A stretch of DNA of 64,000 bases, taken from Octopus vulgaris (taxonomy: Eukaryota). The translations under genes were made by a program, and so were the position numbers. The stretch covers positions 21,390,001 through 21,454,000 of the forward strand of contig OX597842.1 in the NCBI GenBank assembly GCA_951406725.2. Reading direction: 5' to 3'. Below are positions 1 to 60,100 of this stretch, piece after piece. Every line of letters begins with the position of its first letter. Positions within the stretch are counted from its first letter, which is position 1. The notes beneath the pieces were generated by a model. The model did no database searches and was not told the DNA's origin. It saw only the letters and a program-made list of their open reading frames with translations.

Positions 1-100
1 TACCAGTTAAGCACTGGGGTCGATATAATCGACATAATCCGTTTTTCTGTCCTTGTTTGTCCTCTCTATGTTTAGCCCCTTGAGGGTAATAAAGAAATAA
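1..100 (+). mobile_element. 3' end of SINE family B
   Basis: Matches copies at 29243-29598 and 16486-16841 (taccagtt..gcactggggtcgat..tttagcccctt..aataaagaaat). Confidence 0.8.
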
Positions 101-132
101 GTATTATATGGCTGTTATCTTCATTGTTACAG

Positions 133-46242
<46,110 letters not shown>

Positions 46243-47159
46243 ATGAAAATCAAGAAAATATCTTCAAGATTATATTTTGCGTCAAAAATCTAAATGTTCT
46301 TATTAAGCATTTCTCCATTTAACTTAGCTTTATTTTTACCTCTCAATACAACACTATGTAATTAAGAGACTGTATAATCCGCAATAATATAATTTTCAAC
46401 AGGCTTACTTGTATGACTATGCAGATCTTGCTTGATTTCAAAGGCAATAACTATACTCTAGCGGCCAATTTCATATTTACTATTTAACATTCTCAATATA
46501 ATCTATAATCTATAATATACAATATAATATATAATATATAATATAATATACAATATATATAATATAATCTATAATATACAAAGAGTCTCCTTTGTTCATA
46601 ATTTTCTTCAAAAAACTAAATTTACTTCTTATATTACATTAAACAATTTTCAATATTTATACATTTAGCCTTTATTGATAATACAATACCGTTCAGCTAA
46701 AATACTGTATAATCCGTAATAATGTAATTTTAAACAAATCTAAGTGCATAACTCTTGGCTGAAACGCAGAAAACCTGAAAAACATGCTGCATTTCAACGG
46801 CAGTAAATATATTCTAGCTACCAATTACATATTTACGTTTTTACTTTATCAGATATTCTATAATGTGTGTCTGTCGGTTTACGATTCACCTTTGATCATA
46901 TTTTGCTTCAAAACACTAAATTTTCTTCTAATATTACATCAAACATTCTTTTATCTAACGTAGCTTTATTTTTGCCTATTAATACAACGCTATGCAACTA
47001 TGAGATTATAATCTGCAATGATGTAATTTTAAACGAGGCTACGTACCTGACTTTCTCCCCGCAATTTAAAATCTTTCCGCAATTTAAAATATTTCCATAT
47101 TTTCTAGTTGTAACTTTCATTATTGCCTTCCTTTTCAATGTAATATTTAAATTCTTCTG

Positions 47160-47226
47160 AATAAAGTGGTTTCTTACTACAACTTTTCGGAAATTCAGCT
47201 TTATCTCTATCTATAAAACAAATAAA
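47160..47226 (+). promoter_or_regulatory. Candidate polyadenylation signals for the aGPCR
   Basis: AATAAA at 47160-47165 and 47221-47226, followed by T/GT-rich sequence, about 0.9 kb after the stop. AATAAA is common in this AT-rich DNA. Confidence 0.35.
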
Positions 47227-47523
47227 TTTAGATATAATATGAACCTGTCTTACAATGTTTATTTCTCCTGAATAACCAAGTTATTTTTGTACATTTTTCC
47301 TATCATTATCTTTTATCGTTGACTGGATTCAGTCATCAGACTGTGGCCATGTGTGGGCATGCATGAAAGACATTTCAACGAACGAATCGACCGCATAACA
47401 ACTTTCATTAAGACTGGCACTTCTAACAGTTTATGTTTGCCAAACCTCAAATTTATGGGGCCATAAACACACCAACACCAATTCTCAAGCTCTATCCAGG
47501 GCAGAAACACATAAGCACGCGCA

Positions 47524-47569
<46 letters not shown>

Positions 47570-47933
47570 TAGTTTGTTTCGGCTTCCATCTACCAAATCT
47601 GCTCCGAAGGCTTTAGTCGGCCGGGGGCTATAGAAGAGAGTTGTCCCCAAAACTGCCGTGGGACTGAACACGACACCATGTGGCTGGGAAGCAAACTTGT
47701 TACCACACGACCACACCCTGGCTTCTAAACGAAATATTAATAAATGCTGCATTATCAAACTTCACTAATTTAGATATACTGCGCTAATTAGACCATCTAT
47801 GAAGACGTAAAGAGCCAAATACATAGAGATACAAAAAAGGGGAAAAAAGAGAGAGAACAGATAAAATATTAGATAATCTGATCGGTAACCAGATATACAG
47901 AGAGACAAATTATATATATATATATATATTAAT

Positions 47934-50900
47934 TATGTCAGGTCGCTCTAGAGTGCTACTGGTAACATGTAATCCAGTACAACCTGTTGCATGGTCGGGA
48001 CGTCGGCGACTAAACTGACAACCCCACCAGGTTCATTTGGTGAGGAGGGTGCTGTTGGACTCCCTGTGGGATGGGAAAATAAGACCCAACAAAGGGCGGG
48101 TGAACTCCTGAAGAGTCAACGGACATCTAACAAAATACCGGCCTGCCCGCCCAGCCAGTGGGATGGCGTCATCTTATGGCTAAAACAGCACAAAGAACGA
48201 AGAGAAAAGGAAAAGGGCCTCAGTACCCTGCACGTCAATCGGGCCACTCCATGACGGCGGAGTGCAACTCGAGCGACGCGAGGCTGCTAAGAATCACAGG
48301 TTCCCGAAAGCTGTCATGGAACAGGACTAAACTTGCCATATGCACCTACAACTGCAGGTCTATGGCAGGGTGGCAAGAACTGAACCACCTAATGGAGGAG
48401 AGGAAGAAGATCGGGTGCGACGTGTTAGGGTTGTGCGAGACACGCTGGAAGAAGGAAGCGAGTATACGATGGCAAGATGGATGCACTGTGAGATTAGGAA
48501 GAGCAGAAGGTGCTAGATCGGTCGGAGGTATCGGTTTCATCGTAAGTAAGGAATGGGCTTCGAGGGTCGCTTCTTGCCACTTCATATCTTCACGGATTGG
48601 TGTACTAAATGTGAACCTCTCAGGGAAGGCCACCCTCAAGATTGTCCAGACCTATGCTCCCACAAGTGCCAGCGACGACGACGAGGTGGAAGAATTCTAT
48701 CGACAACTAGACAAAGGGCTGGCTATGAAGTCCACTTACACTGTCGTGATGGGAGACTTCAACGCAAAGGTTGGACATGGATGACAAGGAGAGGAGTACG
48801 TCGGGAGATTTGGCATGGGAGAGAGAAACGAGAGAGGAGAACGTTTGGCTATCATGGCAGAGGCGAGGCAGCTCTACATGGGAAACAGCCTATTCAGGAA
48901 GAGGGAGAGGAAGAGATGGACTTGGATATCGCCGAACTCTAAGCACCGAAGCGAGATCGACTACATCCTGGTTGATAAGCGACGCATATTGCATGACGTC
49001 TCCGTCGTGACGCCATTCAACACCGGCAGCGATCATCGTCTGGTAAGGGCGAAGGTCGTCATCGACGAGAAGAGGGAGAAGATGGCGTTAAATTTGGCGT
49101 CGAAGGGAAAACGTGTCCGAGTCTACAACGAGGCAAACTGCAGGAAGCCATCATGCAGGAAGACTGGTGCCAAGGAGACGACATAGACGATGACTACAAC
49201 TCACTGATAGGGAAACTGAAGGAGTGTTTAAGGAAGGCTAAGGGTGTATGCCCAAGAGAAAAGAAGGGAAGAATCTGGAAGAAACTACGAAGTTACTCGA
49301 GAAGAGGAAAAATATGAAGAGGAATATTGAAGATCACCTTGAATATTCCATTCTCAGCAGAGTGATTCGTCAGCAACTAAAGAAAGACTTTGAGGCATAC
49401 CGGATGGAGAAGCTCTTGAAGGCCGCAGAGGAAAAGAAGAGCCTCAAGAAATGCAAGAGGGACATGGTACTATATAGATTGGAGGTGACGGCCCTGAAAA
49501 ATACAGATGGAATACCGGTCAACGAGAAGAGCGAGATGGAAAAAGTTTGTGAAGACTTCTACACCAAGCTCTTTAAGTCTACCAGAAATGTCCAGCCGTT
49601 ACCACCACTCCAACAGGAAGAAAACGTGCCACCTAACCTTTGTCAGTGAGGTTGAAAGAGCCATCGGCTCGATGAAAAACGGAAAGGCTCCAGGGAAAGA
49701 CGGTATAACATCGGAGGTGCTAAAGTCAGGCAGAGAGCAGCTCTGGAAAATCCTCGCTGAGCGATTTACGCACTATCTAGACGAGGGAAGAATTCCCTCG
49801 CAGTGGAAAGAGTCAAATACCATTCTGTTGTATAAGAAGGGCGACAGAGAAGATCTAAAGAACTACCGACCCATATGCTTGCTGTCTCACGTGTACAAGC
49901 TGTTCACGAAGATAATTCTGAACAGGTTGTCACGTCGTCTCGACGAACTCCAACCGAGGGAGCAAGCAGGCTTCCGGAAGAACTACAGCACAATGGACCA
50001 TATATTTGCTCTAACGCAACTGCTTGAGCGAGCAAATGAGTACCAGCTGCCTCTTTGCGTTGCGTTTTTAGATTATGAGAAGGCCTTCGATAGCGTCGAA
50101 ACCAACGCAGTACTGAACTCGCTGCAGAGGCAAGGAATCGAAGCGCAATATGTGCAGCTGCTCAGAGAGGCAAATTCCGGATGCACCACCGACATAGCTC
50201 TACTGTTATCACCCATACGAGTGCCGGTCGGGAAGGGAGTGAAGCAAGGAGATACAATCTCCCCAAAACTTTTCACTGCATGTCTCGAACAGATCATCAG
50301 AGGCATCGAATGGCAAGGTGGTGTCAACATCAATGGCGAGCTCCTCACTAACCTCCGTTTCGCCGACGACATCGTACTCATCGCTGAAAACATGGATCAG
50401 CTTCAGACCATGCTGACGGAGCTCGACCTCAAAAGTTCTGCAGTAGGTCCCAAGATGAACCGCATGAAAACAAAGTTCATGCGGTCAGACAATGTACCAA
50501 CAGGTCGAATGGTGATCGGCAGTGATGAAATAGAGGAGGTGAGAGAATGTCTACCTGGGACAGGAAGTAAATATGTGCCGGGATATCAAAAAGGAGATCT
50601 CATGGAGAGTAAGGGCCGGATGGAAGGCGTTCAATGGCATAAGGGATGTGCTCAAGGGAAGGTTGGACAGGACCACTCGCGCAAACCTCATTAACAGTGC
50701 AGTTCTGCCTGCAATGTTATATGGTAGTGAAACATGGGCTACCACAAAGAGAGAAGAGCAAAGACTGGTAACGGCTCAAAGAGCCATGGAAAGGTCAATG
50801 CTTGGTATCTCGCTGGGAGAGCACATAAGTAGCAAGATCATCAGAAAGAAGTCCGGCGTCAGAGATGTCATCGCAAAGTATACACGCAGCAAGTATAGAA

Positions 50901-51143
50901 GGGCTGGACACGTCGCCCGGCTCACCGATAATCGGTGGACGCACTCAGTTGTCGAGTGGTACCCGCGTGAGCGGAAAAGACCACCCGGAAGACCTCCACG
51001 ACGGTGGAGTTACGATTTCAGGAGGACGATTGGGATCACGTGGATGAGAAAGCCGCGATCCAGAGAGGAGTGGATAGCGTGCTGTGACCAGCGGTGTCAA
51101 ATGGACGTCTGACGGACTGGTCGGTCGAAGTGATCAAAGTGAT
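47934..51143 (+). mobile_element. Near full-length RTE-clade LINE (APE endonuclease plus RT), several frameshifts
   Basis: APE motifs TYNCRS, GLCETR, YAPT, GDFNAK, IDYIL, SDH; RT motifs YRPICLL, KQGDTISP, LRFADD; AGHVAR; short-repeat tail agtgatcaaagtgat; possible TSD atatatattaat. Confidence 0.93.
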
Positions 51144-51271
51144 ATATATTAATAAAAGGAATTCCAACCTTGTCTGATTATCACGTTTTATTTACAATCT
51201 TATAATGATATAATCTAAGATAATATAATAAAATAAAATAAAATAATAGAATGTTAAATGTTCATTCTGAT

Positions 51272-51316
51272 TGAACTAGTACTTTCATGCATTAAATTCT
51301 GCAATCTTCAGGTTCA
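51272..51316 (-). ncRNA. Minimal hammerhead ribozyme in PLE 3' pLTR
   Basis: TGAAC-CTGAAGA-TTGCA(GAATTTAA)TGCAT-GAAA-GTAC-TA-GTTCA. Confidence 0.78.
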
Positions 51317-54300
51317 TGTAGTAGTGGTGACAGTTATGCTTCACAATTTTTGACTGTAGCGAGATGATTAAATCTGTGCCTTAAATACAGCTGTGTAGGC
51401 TCCAGATAGCTAGGTTTTGCAAACTGTATTCTGACCAATCAGTGTGTAGTATCACTCAATTACTTAAGCTGATTGGTTGGTTGAGCTGATTGGTTTAGGC
51501 GTCACGCTTTGTTGAACATGTCAAGAGTCCTGTATCTTAACCCTGGCCGAGGCAGCAATTGTTGGGCTATTTTTAGAAATGTCTTAAATAGCCTTTGTCA
51601 GGGATTTCTATATTTCAATTGTCATCATCATCATTGTCAGCACCTTAATTATTGTTGCTAGTGGTGATGGTGGTGGCAATAGAACTTTTAACCCTAAATA
51701 AGATAATTTTCCTGCTATCTTCATCTTGATCATCTTTAGTATTGTTGTTGTTGTTAGTTGTCATGGTCGTAGCAGTAGAAGTAGTACCTCTAAGTATTAT
51801 TATTATTGCTTATTTAGCTTGGGTTCGAATTTATCAATAAAATTCTTTCTCTGATTTTCCTCTCGATTTCATTTGGGCTGTGTAATTTGTAGAATGGAAA
51901 TATTATATATATTTTCCGACCACATGTTGCTAGGTGGTTACTCAAAGGTATCTGACGGACCTCTGGGTCTCTAATCTGTTGTCGGTGTACACGTGAGCGT
52001 TCTGATAGTGCATTTCCCGTCTGACCTACATATATTTCTTCACAATTTGGGCAGTTGATGCAGTAAATTAAATTTCTGCTTGTGCAGTTCATATTCGCGT
52101 TTGTGAATATTTTCCCGATATGTATGAATTGGCATGTGCTACATCGGCTATCATTGCATTTAGATACAGTGAATGTTTGGTCTTTGTTGCTAAGGTCAAA
52201 TTTTGCCTTTGTTAGTAATTTTTTCAAGTTTTTAGGCTGTCTTTTACTAAGAACCATAGCTCGATCCGTGATTATATCTTTTAATTCATTACTTTGAGCA
52301 ATGATTGGTAGGTTTGCTTTGGCAATGTTGAAGATATTCTGGTGACATGGGTTGTGTGTCACTATGAATGGTATGACTTGTTCTTGTTTTCCTCTTCCTT
52401 GGGTTGTCCTAAGGTGTTGTATGTGTATTTTTATAGCCCGCTGTATGCCATTTTCTATAAGTAGAGATGGGTATTTTTGTTTGAGCAAAAATTCTCTTAG
52501 TTCTGTTAGGCGTTAGTTCCTGATATTTCCATCTTCTACAATGGTACAAATTCTTCTGGCTAGGCAGTATGGGATGTTGCGTTTTGTATGTGGTGGATGG
52601 CACGACTTAAAATTCAGGTATTGATGTGTGTCTGTGTGTTTATAGTATATATCTGTAGTGATTGTGGTGTCCTTTTTAATTACCATTATATCTAGGAATG
52701 GTAATTTGGTACTACTCATCTCCTTTGTAAATTGGAGAGATGGGTGTAGGTTGTTCAGGAGGATATTGAACTCTTCCAGAGTATTTAGAGATTCTGTCCA
52801 GATTATGAAGCAGTCGTCAAGGTATCTCTTCCATGCCTTTTCAATATACTTTCTAAATCCAGTGCCATAGTTTACCTCCACCTCTTGGTAGAGTTGTTGT
52901 TCTAAGTATCCCATTACAGAGTTGGCATAAACGGGAGCAAACCTCGTTCCCATCGCCATGCCTCTAATTTGGATGTAATTCTTTCCATTGAAGAAGAATG
53001 TGTTGTTTTCTAGAATAAGTTTGACTGTGTCTAATATAAATGGCACTGTGAATCTGCTGGGTATCACTTCTCTATGTTTTTCTATTCAGTATTTAATCGC
53101 CTTTATTCCTAAATCGTGTGGAATATTGATGTAGAGGCTTACCACATCAAAACTTAGTAAAACTGAATTTGTTTCTGTTGTTTTGGGAAGATGGGACAGG
53201 AAGTCGATGTCATCCCTGATGAAACTGGGTGTGTAAGTACATAATGGTTTCAAAACAATGTCAATAAAATTGCTTAGACGGTGGGTAGGGCATGCTGGAC
53301 CAGCTATAATAGGTCTAAGTTTTAGGTCTTTTGGATGTAGTAATTTTATGTACTCACTTTCTTGTTCTGTTACTGCCTGTTGAATATCTTTTGATTTATG
53401 TATTTTCGGTAAGCCGTAGAAGTTGCTGGGATTTGGTTCGAAATTGGTGATGTAGTCTCTTTCATTATCGGTAAGTGAGTTGTAGTGTTTTGAAATCAGG
53501 TTGTTGATCTTTTTCATGATGTGGTGGTCTATATTTGAGGGTATTTCACAATAGAAGGTTGTGTCCTTCAGTTGGTCCTCAACCAATTCCTTATAGTATT
53601 CGGTATCCATAATAACAATTGCACCACCTTTATCTGCTTGTTTTATTATTATTGTTTGATCGTTTTGTAAACGTTTACATGCAGACATCTCTGATTTGTT
53701 AATGTTTTGCCTAACATTGGTATTGCGTCTAAGGGGAAATTTAGACAGGATATCAATGTATTGGTCAAAATAGATATTTCTTCCTTTTGGTGGGGTGAAA
53801 TTTGATTTTTTCCTTACTAGGGATTCATCAATCTCATTACTTTTGTTAGCGAAGAATTCTACAAGTCGTAATTTTCGACAGAATTTTTGAATAGCCTCCT
53901 TTAATTCTTGGTGGTCGGCTGTTGATGTAGGTGTGAATTTCAGTCCTTTTGACAGAAGTTGGATTTCATCATTGTCAAGATCTCTTTTTGATAAATTAAT
54001 TATTTTAGGATCTATACGTTCAGTTGTTTTGGGTATGTTTCCTCTTGGATTTTTCTTTCTCCAGTGTTTGTTGTTCTGACGTAAAAAATGGATTTTTTCC
54101 CGTTTATGATTTATATTCCTGTTGATGTTTGCTTGATGAATTTTGCGTTTTGGTTGTGGTATTTTACCTGGTTTCGTTATGTTTTCTGTCTTGTTTTTCG
54201 TATTATGTATATTATTTTATATTATTTTTCAATTTCTTGTTAGTATTGTTTTTAACCACCTGGGGAAATGATCTGGGTTTACTTCCAGATCTAGATCGGT

Positions 54301-55504
54301 TTTTTGTCCAGTTTCCTGTGGGTAATCTCTGTTGAGGTCTTGAAAATGATCTCCTGTTATTTCTACTGCTAATGGTCTGATCAAAAGAATATCTATTTTG
54401 TCTGTGCTTTTTGTTCATGTTGTGTGCATTAGGGTGTTTGCATACAAAAAGGGAAGAGTTCTTACCGTAGTTCGTCTTCGATTCGTGGTGAAACGGGTGT
54501 TCATGTTGCCACGTGTTCTGGCCTATGTTGCGTTGGTGAGGTTGTCCACTTTTAATGCTATTTCTCAGAGTTCTGGTGCCTTTATCGTAATTTGTAGCAT
54601 ATTTGTCGAGAAATAATTGTTTCCGCTGCCAAAAATTTCTTGATCTGCTTTCTTCTTTTGAGATATCTCTGGTCCATAGTTCTCGCATTTTTTCTGCTAT
54701 ATTGCCGGTCGTTAGTTTGGATATTTCGTCTCTGATTTGATCATCGATAGCTTCGTATTTGGCTTTGTAGCGGAATTGCTTAGACAGGGTAATGGTTATG
54801 TCGGTCCTGAATTTTATCAAACTAAGGTCCCATCGATGTTTTGTTTCTTCCTCTGGTTCTCCTGCAATATCATTAATTAGGTACTTCCGAGGAAGTATGG
54901 GTGCCGCTAAAGATATCCATTCCGAATGTATTTCAGCATATTTTTCGCATTTATATGCCTTCCAGATGTTTTGTTTTCTTATGTTAAGGAGTTTTTTCCA
55001 TGTCTTCCGTATCTCTTCTATTTTCGGTGTGCCTCTTTTTCCAGATTTCTTTCGTTTATTTCTGACATCCAAGGAGGTTGTGGTAGGCTTTCTCTTGTAG
55101 ATTTTATAATTGTTGGTATCATTTCAGCTAAATTCTTAATGTCAGAGTTTATATGTTCATTTCCAAGTTTTCCGTCTGTAGACTGTTTTTCTATTTCCTT
55201 TAGAATAGAGGATTGTGTGTCAATCATCGTGATGAGTGTTGATAATTTCGATGAAATTTCCATTAGAATTCTTTCTGATTCTGTTAATTTTGTTTGTTGC
55301 TTTCCAGACATGTTGGCATATACACAATAGGAATATAGATATATATATACGGGTGTGTGTGATTGTGTATAGAAGAATATATTAATAAAAGGAATTCCAA
55401 CCTTGTCTGATTTTCACGCTTTATTTACAATCTTATAATGATGTAATATAATACAATATAATAAAATAAAATAAAATAATAGAATGTTAAATGTTCATTC
55501 TGAT

Positions 55505-55549
55505 TGAACTAGTACTTTCATGCATTAAATTCTGCAATCTTCAGGTTCA
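55505..55549 (-). ncRNA. Minimal hammerhead ribozyme in PLE 5' direct pLTR
   Basis: Identical 45 nt to 51272-51316. Confidence 0.78.
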
Positions 55550-56059
55550 TGTAGTAGTGGTGATAGTTATGATATAATATAAGATAATGTATTACTTCTA
55601 CTGCTACGACCATGACGACTAACAACAACAACAATACTAAAGGTGATCAAGATGAAGATAGCAGGAAAATTACCTTATTTAGGGTTAAATGTTCTATTGC
55701 CACCACCATCACCACTAGCAACAATAATTAAGGTGCTGACAATGATGATGATGACAATTGAAATATAGAAATCCCTGACAAAGGCTATTTACAACATTTC
55801 TAAAAATAGCCCAACAATTGCTGCCTCGGCCAGGGTTAAGATACAGGACTCTTGACATGTTCAACAAAGCGTGACGCCTAAACCAATCAGCTCAACCAAC
55901 CATTCAGCCTAAGTAATTGAGTGATACTACACACTGATTGGTCAGAATACAGTTTGCAAAACCTAGCTATCTGGAGCCTACACAGCTGTATTTAAGGCAC
56001 AGATTTAATCATCTCGCAACAGTCAAAAATTGTGAAGCACAACTTTCACCACTACTACA

Positions 56060-56104
56060 TGAACCTGAAGATTGCAGAATTTAATGCATGAAAGTACTAG
56101 TTCA
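56060..56104 (+). ncRNA. Minimal hammerhead ribozyme in PLE inverted pLTR
   Basis: Same 45 nt on the plus strand. Confidence 0.78.
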
Positions 56105-56261
56105 ATCAGAATGAACATTTAACATTCTATTATTTTATTTTATTTTATTATATTATATTATTTAATATTATATCATTATTAGATTGTAAATATAACGTGA
56201 TAATCAGACAAGGTTGGAATTCCTTTTATTAATATATTCTTCTATGCACAATCACACACAC

Positions 56262-56324
<63 letters not shown>

Positions 56325-56326
<2 letters not shown>

Positions 56327-56732
56327 CGAAGGAGTGGCTTTGTGGTAAGTAGCTTGCTAACCAACCACATTATTCCGGGTTCAGTCTCACTGCGTGGCAC
56401 CTTGAGCAAGTGTCTTCTGCTATAGCCCCGGGCCGACCAAAGCCTTGTGAGTGGATTTGGTAGACGGAAACTGAAAAAGCCTGTCGTATAAATGTATGTA
56501 TATATAAATATATATATGTGTGTGTATGTGTTTGAGTGTCTGTGTTTGTCCCCCTAGCATTGCTTGACAACCGATGCTGGTGTGTTTATGTCACCGTCGC
56601 TTAGCGGTTCGGCAATAGAGACCGATAGAATAAGTACTGGGCTTACAAAAGAATAAGTTCCGGGGTCGATTTGCTCGACTAAAGACGGTGCTCCAGCATG
56701 ACCGCAGTCAAATGACTTAAACAAGTAAAAGA
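56325..56732 (+). mobile_element. SINE family A, full length
   Basis: Uninterrupted copy containing the empty target aagtagcttgctaaccaaccac. Confidence 0.88.
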
Positions 56733-56762
56733 GAAAAGAAAAAGATATATATATATACACAG

Positions 56763-56853
<91 letters not shown>

Positions 56854-57249
56854 TGTATGCATAGAGACAGAAAGAGAGAGAGAGACAGACAGAAAGACAG
56901 ATAGATAGATAGAGAGAGAGAGAGAGCCCACCACAGAGAGACAGACGGAGTGTGAGGGAGAGAAAGAAAGTCGGATTATCTCTTCCTCTCTCCCATGAGT
57001 TAAGTCTTCGACTTGCGCTACCCACTCTGCTGTTTGCCGGAATTTTGTTTGCAACCATCAACTTGCATCTGACATAAGACACCTGCATCAATTACTTAAA
57101 TATGTAGCAAACACTTGAGAAGTTCCGTTTTAAACAGCAATATATGTACAATGGTTCCAGGAGTGAACTACTTGACAACAAAACCACTTGGAAAACAGTA
57201 GTTAAGTAGACATTTAATATAGAAAGTTAGAGAGATAGACGAACAGGTA

Positions 57250-57311
<62 letters not shown>

Positions 57312-57589
57312 AAGTTAATCCAAACAAGAAAACACAGAAAAAAACAGCAACGCGAGGACGTGGAACAATTAAAGTATTATTTGACGCTCAAGAAAGAAGG
57401 GAAGGAGGGTATAACGTTTCGAGCGGAGCTCTTCGTCGGAAACAAGGAGAAGGAAAGATCCCGAGAAGGGAAGACAGAGGAAAAAAATATATTTCCTGGT
57501 GGCGCTCAAGAGATCACATGTTGAAAGAACAGAAGGTTGAAAGGTAGACGAATCATGATTTTTAAAAACAAGAGAGTTTCAAAGACAAG

Positions 57590-58547
57590 GAATGTGTGTG
57601 GGTGCGTGTGTGTGTGTGTGCAAGGATGACAAGTGTGTTTGTGCGTGCGTGCGTGTGTGTGTGTATGTATGTATGGTGAACAACAGGCATGGCTTAGCCA
57701 GCTGTCATAAAGGAGTGGCACTTTTTTATATCCAGCGAGGTCAAAACCAGGTCGAAAAACAAAGGGATATGTGTGTGAGCGTGTACGTATATGTATCATG
57801 TGTGTGTGTTGTTTGTTGTGTGTGTTGTGCATTGTGTGTTCGTGTGTGTATGCGTAGAGTTTGGGTGTGTGGTGAGTAACTGTGCTTAACCTAGTGTATG
57901 TGTGCGTGTGTGCTTGTACGTGCGTGTGTGTGTGTAGGGATGTATGTGTGGGTTCATTTGTGTGAGTGTGTATGTATGTACGTGTAAGTGTGTGCGTGTA
58001 TGTGTGTGTTTGTATATGTTTATGTGTATGTGTGCGTGCGCGGATAGGTGTATATTGTGTATTTATATCTGTCGGTGTGTATGTGAGTTTGTGTGTGTTT
58101 GTACTTGTGTATGTGTGTGTGCGTGTATAGTATATGTATGTAAATGTGTGTGTGTGCGCGTGTGTGTACGTGCGTGCGAGTGAATGTATGTATATATGTG
58201 CGTGTGTGTACAATGTAGAGGCTTATATGTGTGTTTATATGTTTATATGTGTGTGTGTATGTATGTATGTATGTATGTGTGTATGTGTATAAGTGTGTGT
58301 GTGTATGTATGTGTGTGTGTATGTATGTGTATGTATGTATGTGTGCATGCGTGTATGTGTGTGTGTACGTATGTATGTATGTATATGTATGTGTATGTAT
58401 GTATCTATGTATGTATGTGTGTACGTATGTGTGTGTATGTTTGTATGTGTGTATGTGTGTATGTGTATGTGTATGTATGTGTGTATATGTATGCGTGTGT
58501 GTATGTATGTGTGTATGTGTGCATGTATGTATGTATGTGTGTATGTA

Positions 58548-58581
<34 letters not shown>

Positions 58582-59434
58582 CATGTATGTGTGTGTATGT
58601 ATGTATGTGTGTATGTGTGTGTGTATGTGTGTATATGTGTGTGTATGTATGTGTGTGTATGTATGTGTGTGTGTATGTATGTATGTATATGTATGTGCGT
58701 GTGTGTGTATGTATATATGTATGTATGTATGTATGTATGTGTGTATGTATGTGTGTGTGTATGTATGTGTGTATGTGTGTATGTGTGTGTATGTGTATGT
58801 ATGTATGTATGTATGTATATGTATGCGTGTGTGTATGTATCTATGTGTGTATGTGTGTGTATGTGTGTATGTATGTATGTATGTATGTGTGTGTATGTAT
58901 GTGTGTGTATGTATGTATGTATGTACGTACGTATGCATGTATGTGTGTGTTTATGTGTGTAAGTGTGTGTGTGTATGTATGTATGTATGTATGTGTGTAT
59001 GTATGTATTTATGCATGCGTGTATGTGTGTATGTGCCTGTGTGTACGTATGTATGTATATGTATGCGTATGTGCATGTATGTATGTATGTATCTATGTAT
59101 GTAGTGTATGTATGTGTGTGTGTATGTATGTATGTATGTGTGCATGCGTGTATGTGTGTATGTGTGTATATGTATGTATATATATGTGTGTGTATGTGTG
59201 TATAGGTGTGTGTATGTATGTGCGTATGTATGTATGTATGTGTGTATGTATGTATGTATGTATGTTTGTATGTATGTATGTATGTATGTATGTATATGAA
59301 AATGAATCAAAGTTCATACTAAGTATGTCTACCGGATGGTATATGTGTATATGTGTGTATGTATGTATGTATGTATGTATGTATGTATGTATGTATGCAT
59401 GTATGTGTGTGTATGTATGTGTGTATGTGTATAA

Positions 59435-59466
<32 letters not shown>

Positions 59467-59935
59467 GTGTGTATGTATGTGTGTGTATGTATGTATGCGT
59501 GCGTGTGTGTGTATGTGTGTGTGTATGTATATGTATGTTTGTGTATGTATGTATGTAGGTATGTATGTGTGTATGTATGTGTGTATGTATGTATGTATAT
59601 ATGTGTATGTATGTATGTGTGTATGTGTGTGTATATGTGTATGTATGTATGTATATGTATGCGTGTGTGTATGTATGTATGAGTGTATGTGTGTAAGTAT
59701 GTATGTATGTGTGTGTATGTAAGTGTGTGTGTATGTATGTATGTACGGGTGTATGTGTGTAAGTGTGTGTGTATGTGTATATGTATGTATGTATGTATAT
59801 GTACGCGTGTGCGTATGTATGTATGTGTGTATGTGTGTGTATGTGTGTAGTATGTATGTGTGTGTGTGTGTGTGTGTATGTATGTGTATGTATGTATGTA
59901 TGTATGTATGTATGTATGTATGTGTGCATGCGTGT

Positions 59936-59972
<37 letters not shown>

Positions 59973-59993
59973 CCTATGTATGTAGTGTATGTA

Positions 59994-60026
<33 letters not shown>

Positions 60027-60069
60027 GCATGCGTGTATGTGTGTATGTGTGTGTATGTATGTATATATA

Positions 60070-60100
<31 letters not shown>

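Larger units (their letters stand above)
51144..56263 (-). mobile_element. Penelope-like element (RT plus C-terminal GIY-YIG, Neptune-like) with direct and inverted pLTRs; ORF about 55311-51814 disrupted
   Basis: ADKGG, FYGLPKIHK, FDVVSLY, GMAMGT, RYLDD, LPFLD; CxxxRCxxC..LIYCINCxxC..IYVGQT; 3' tail 51144-51785 inverted at 55596-56240 and partly direct at 55377-55570. Confidence 0.93.

Noticed and set aside
53086-53088. In-frame TGA in PLE RT as possible selenocysteine (as in some Naiad PLEs)
   Set aside because: The context IKY*IEKH fits TGG to TGA decay; the ORF also has a TAA stop and frameshifts, and the endonuclease is C-terminal, unlike Naiads.
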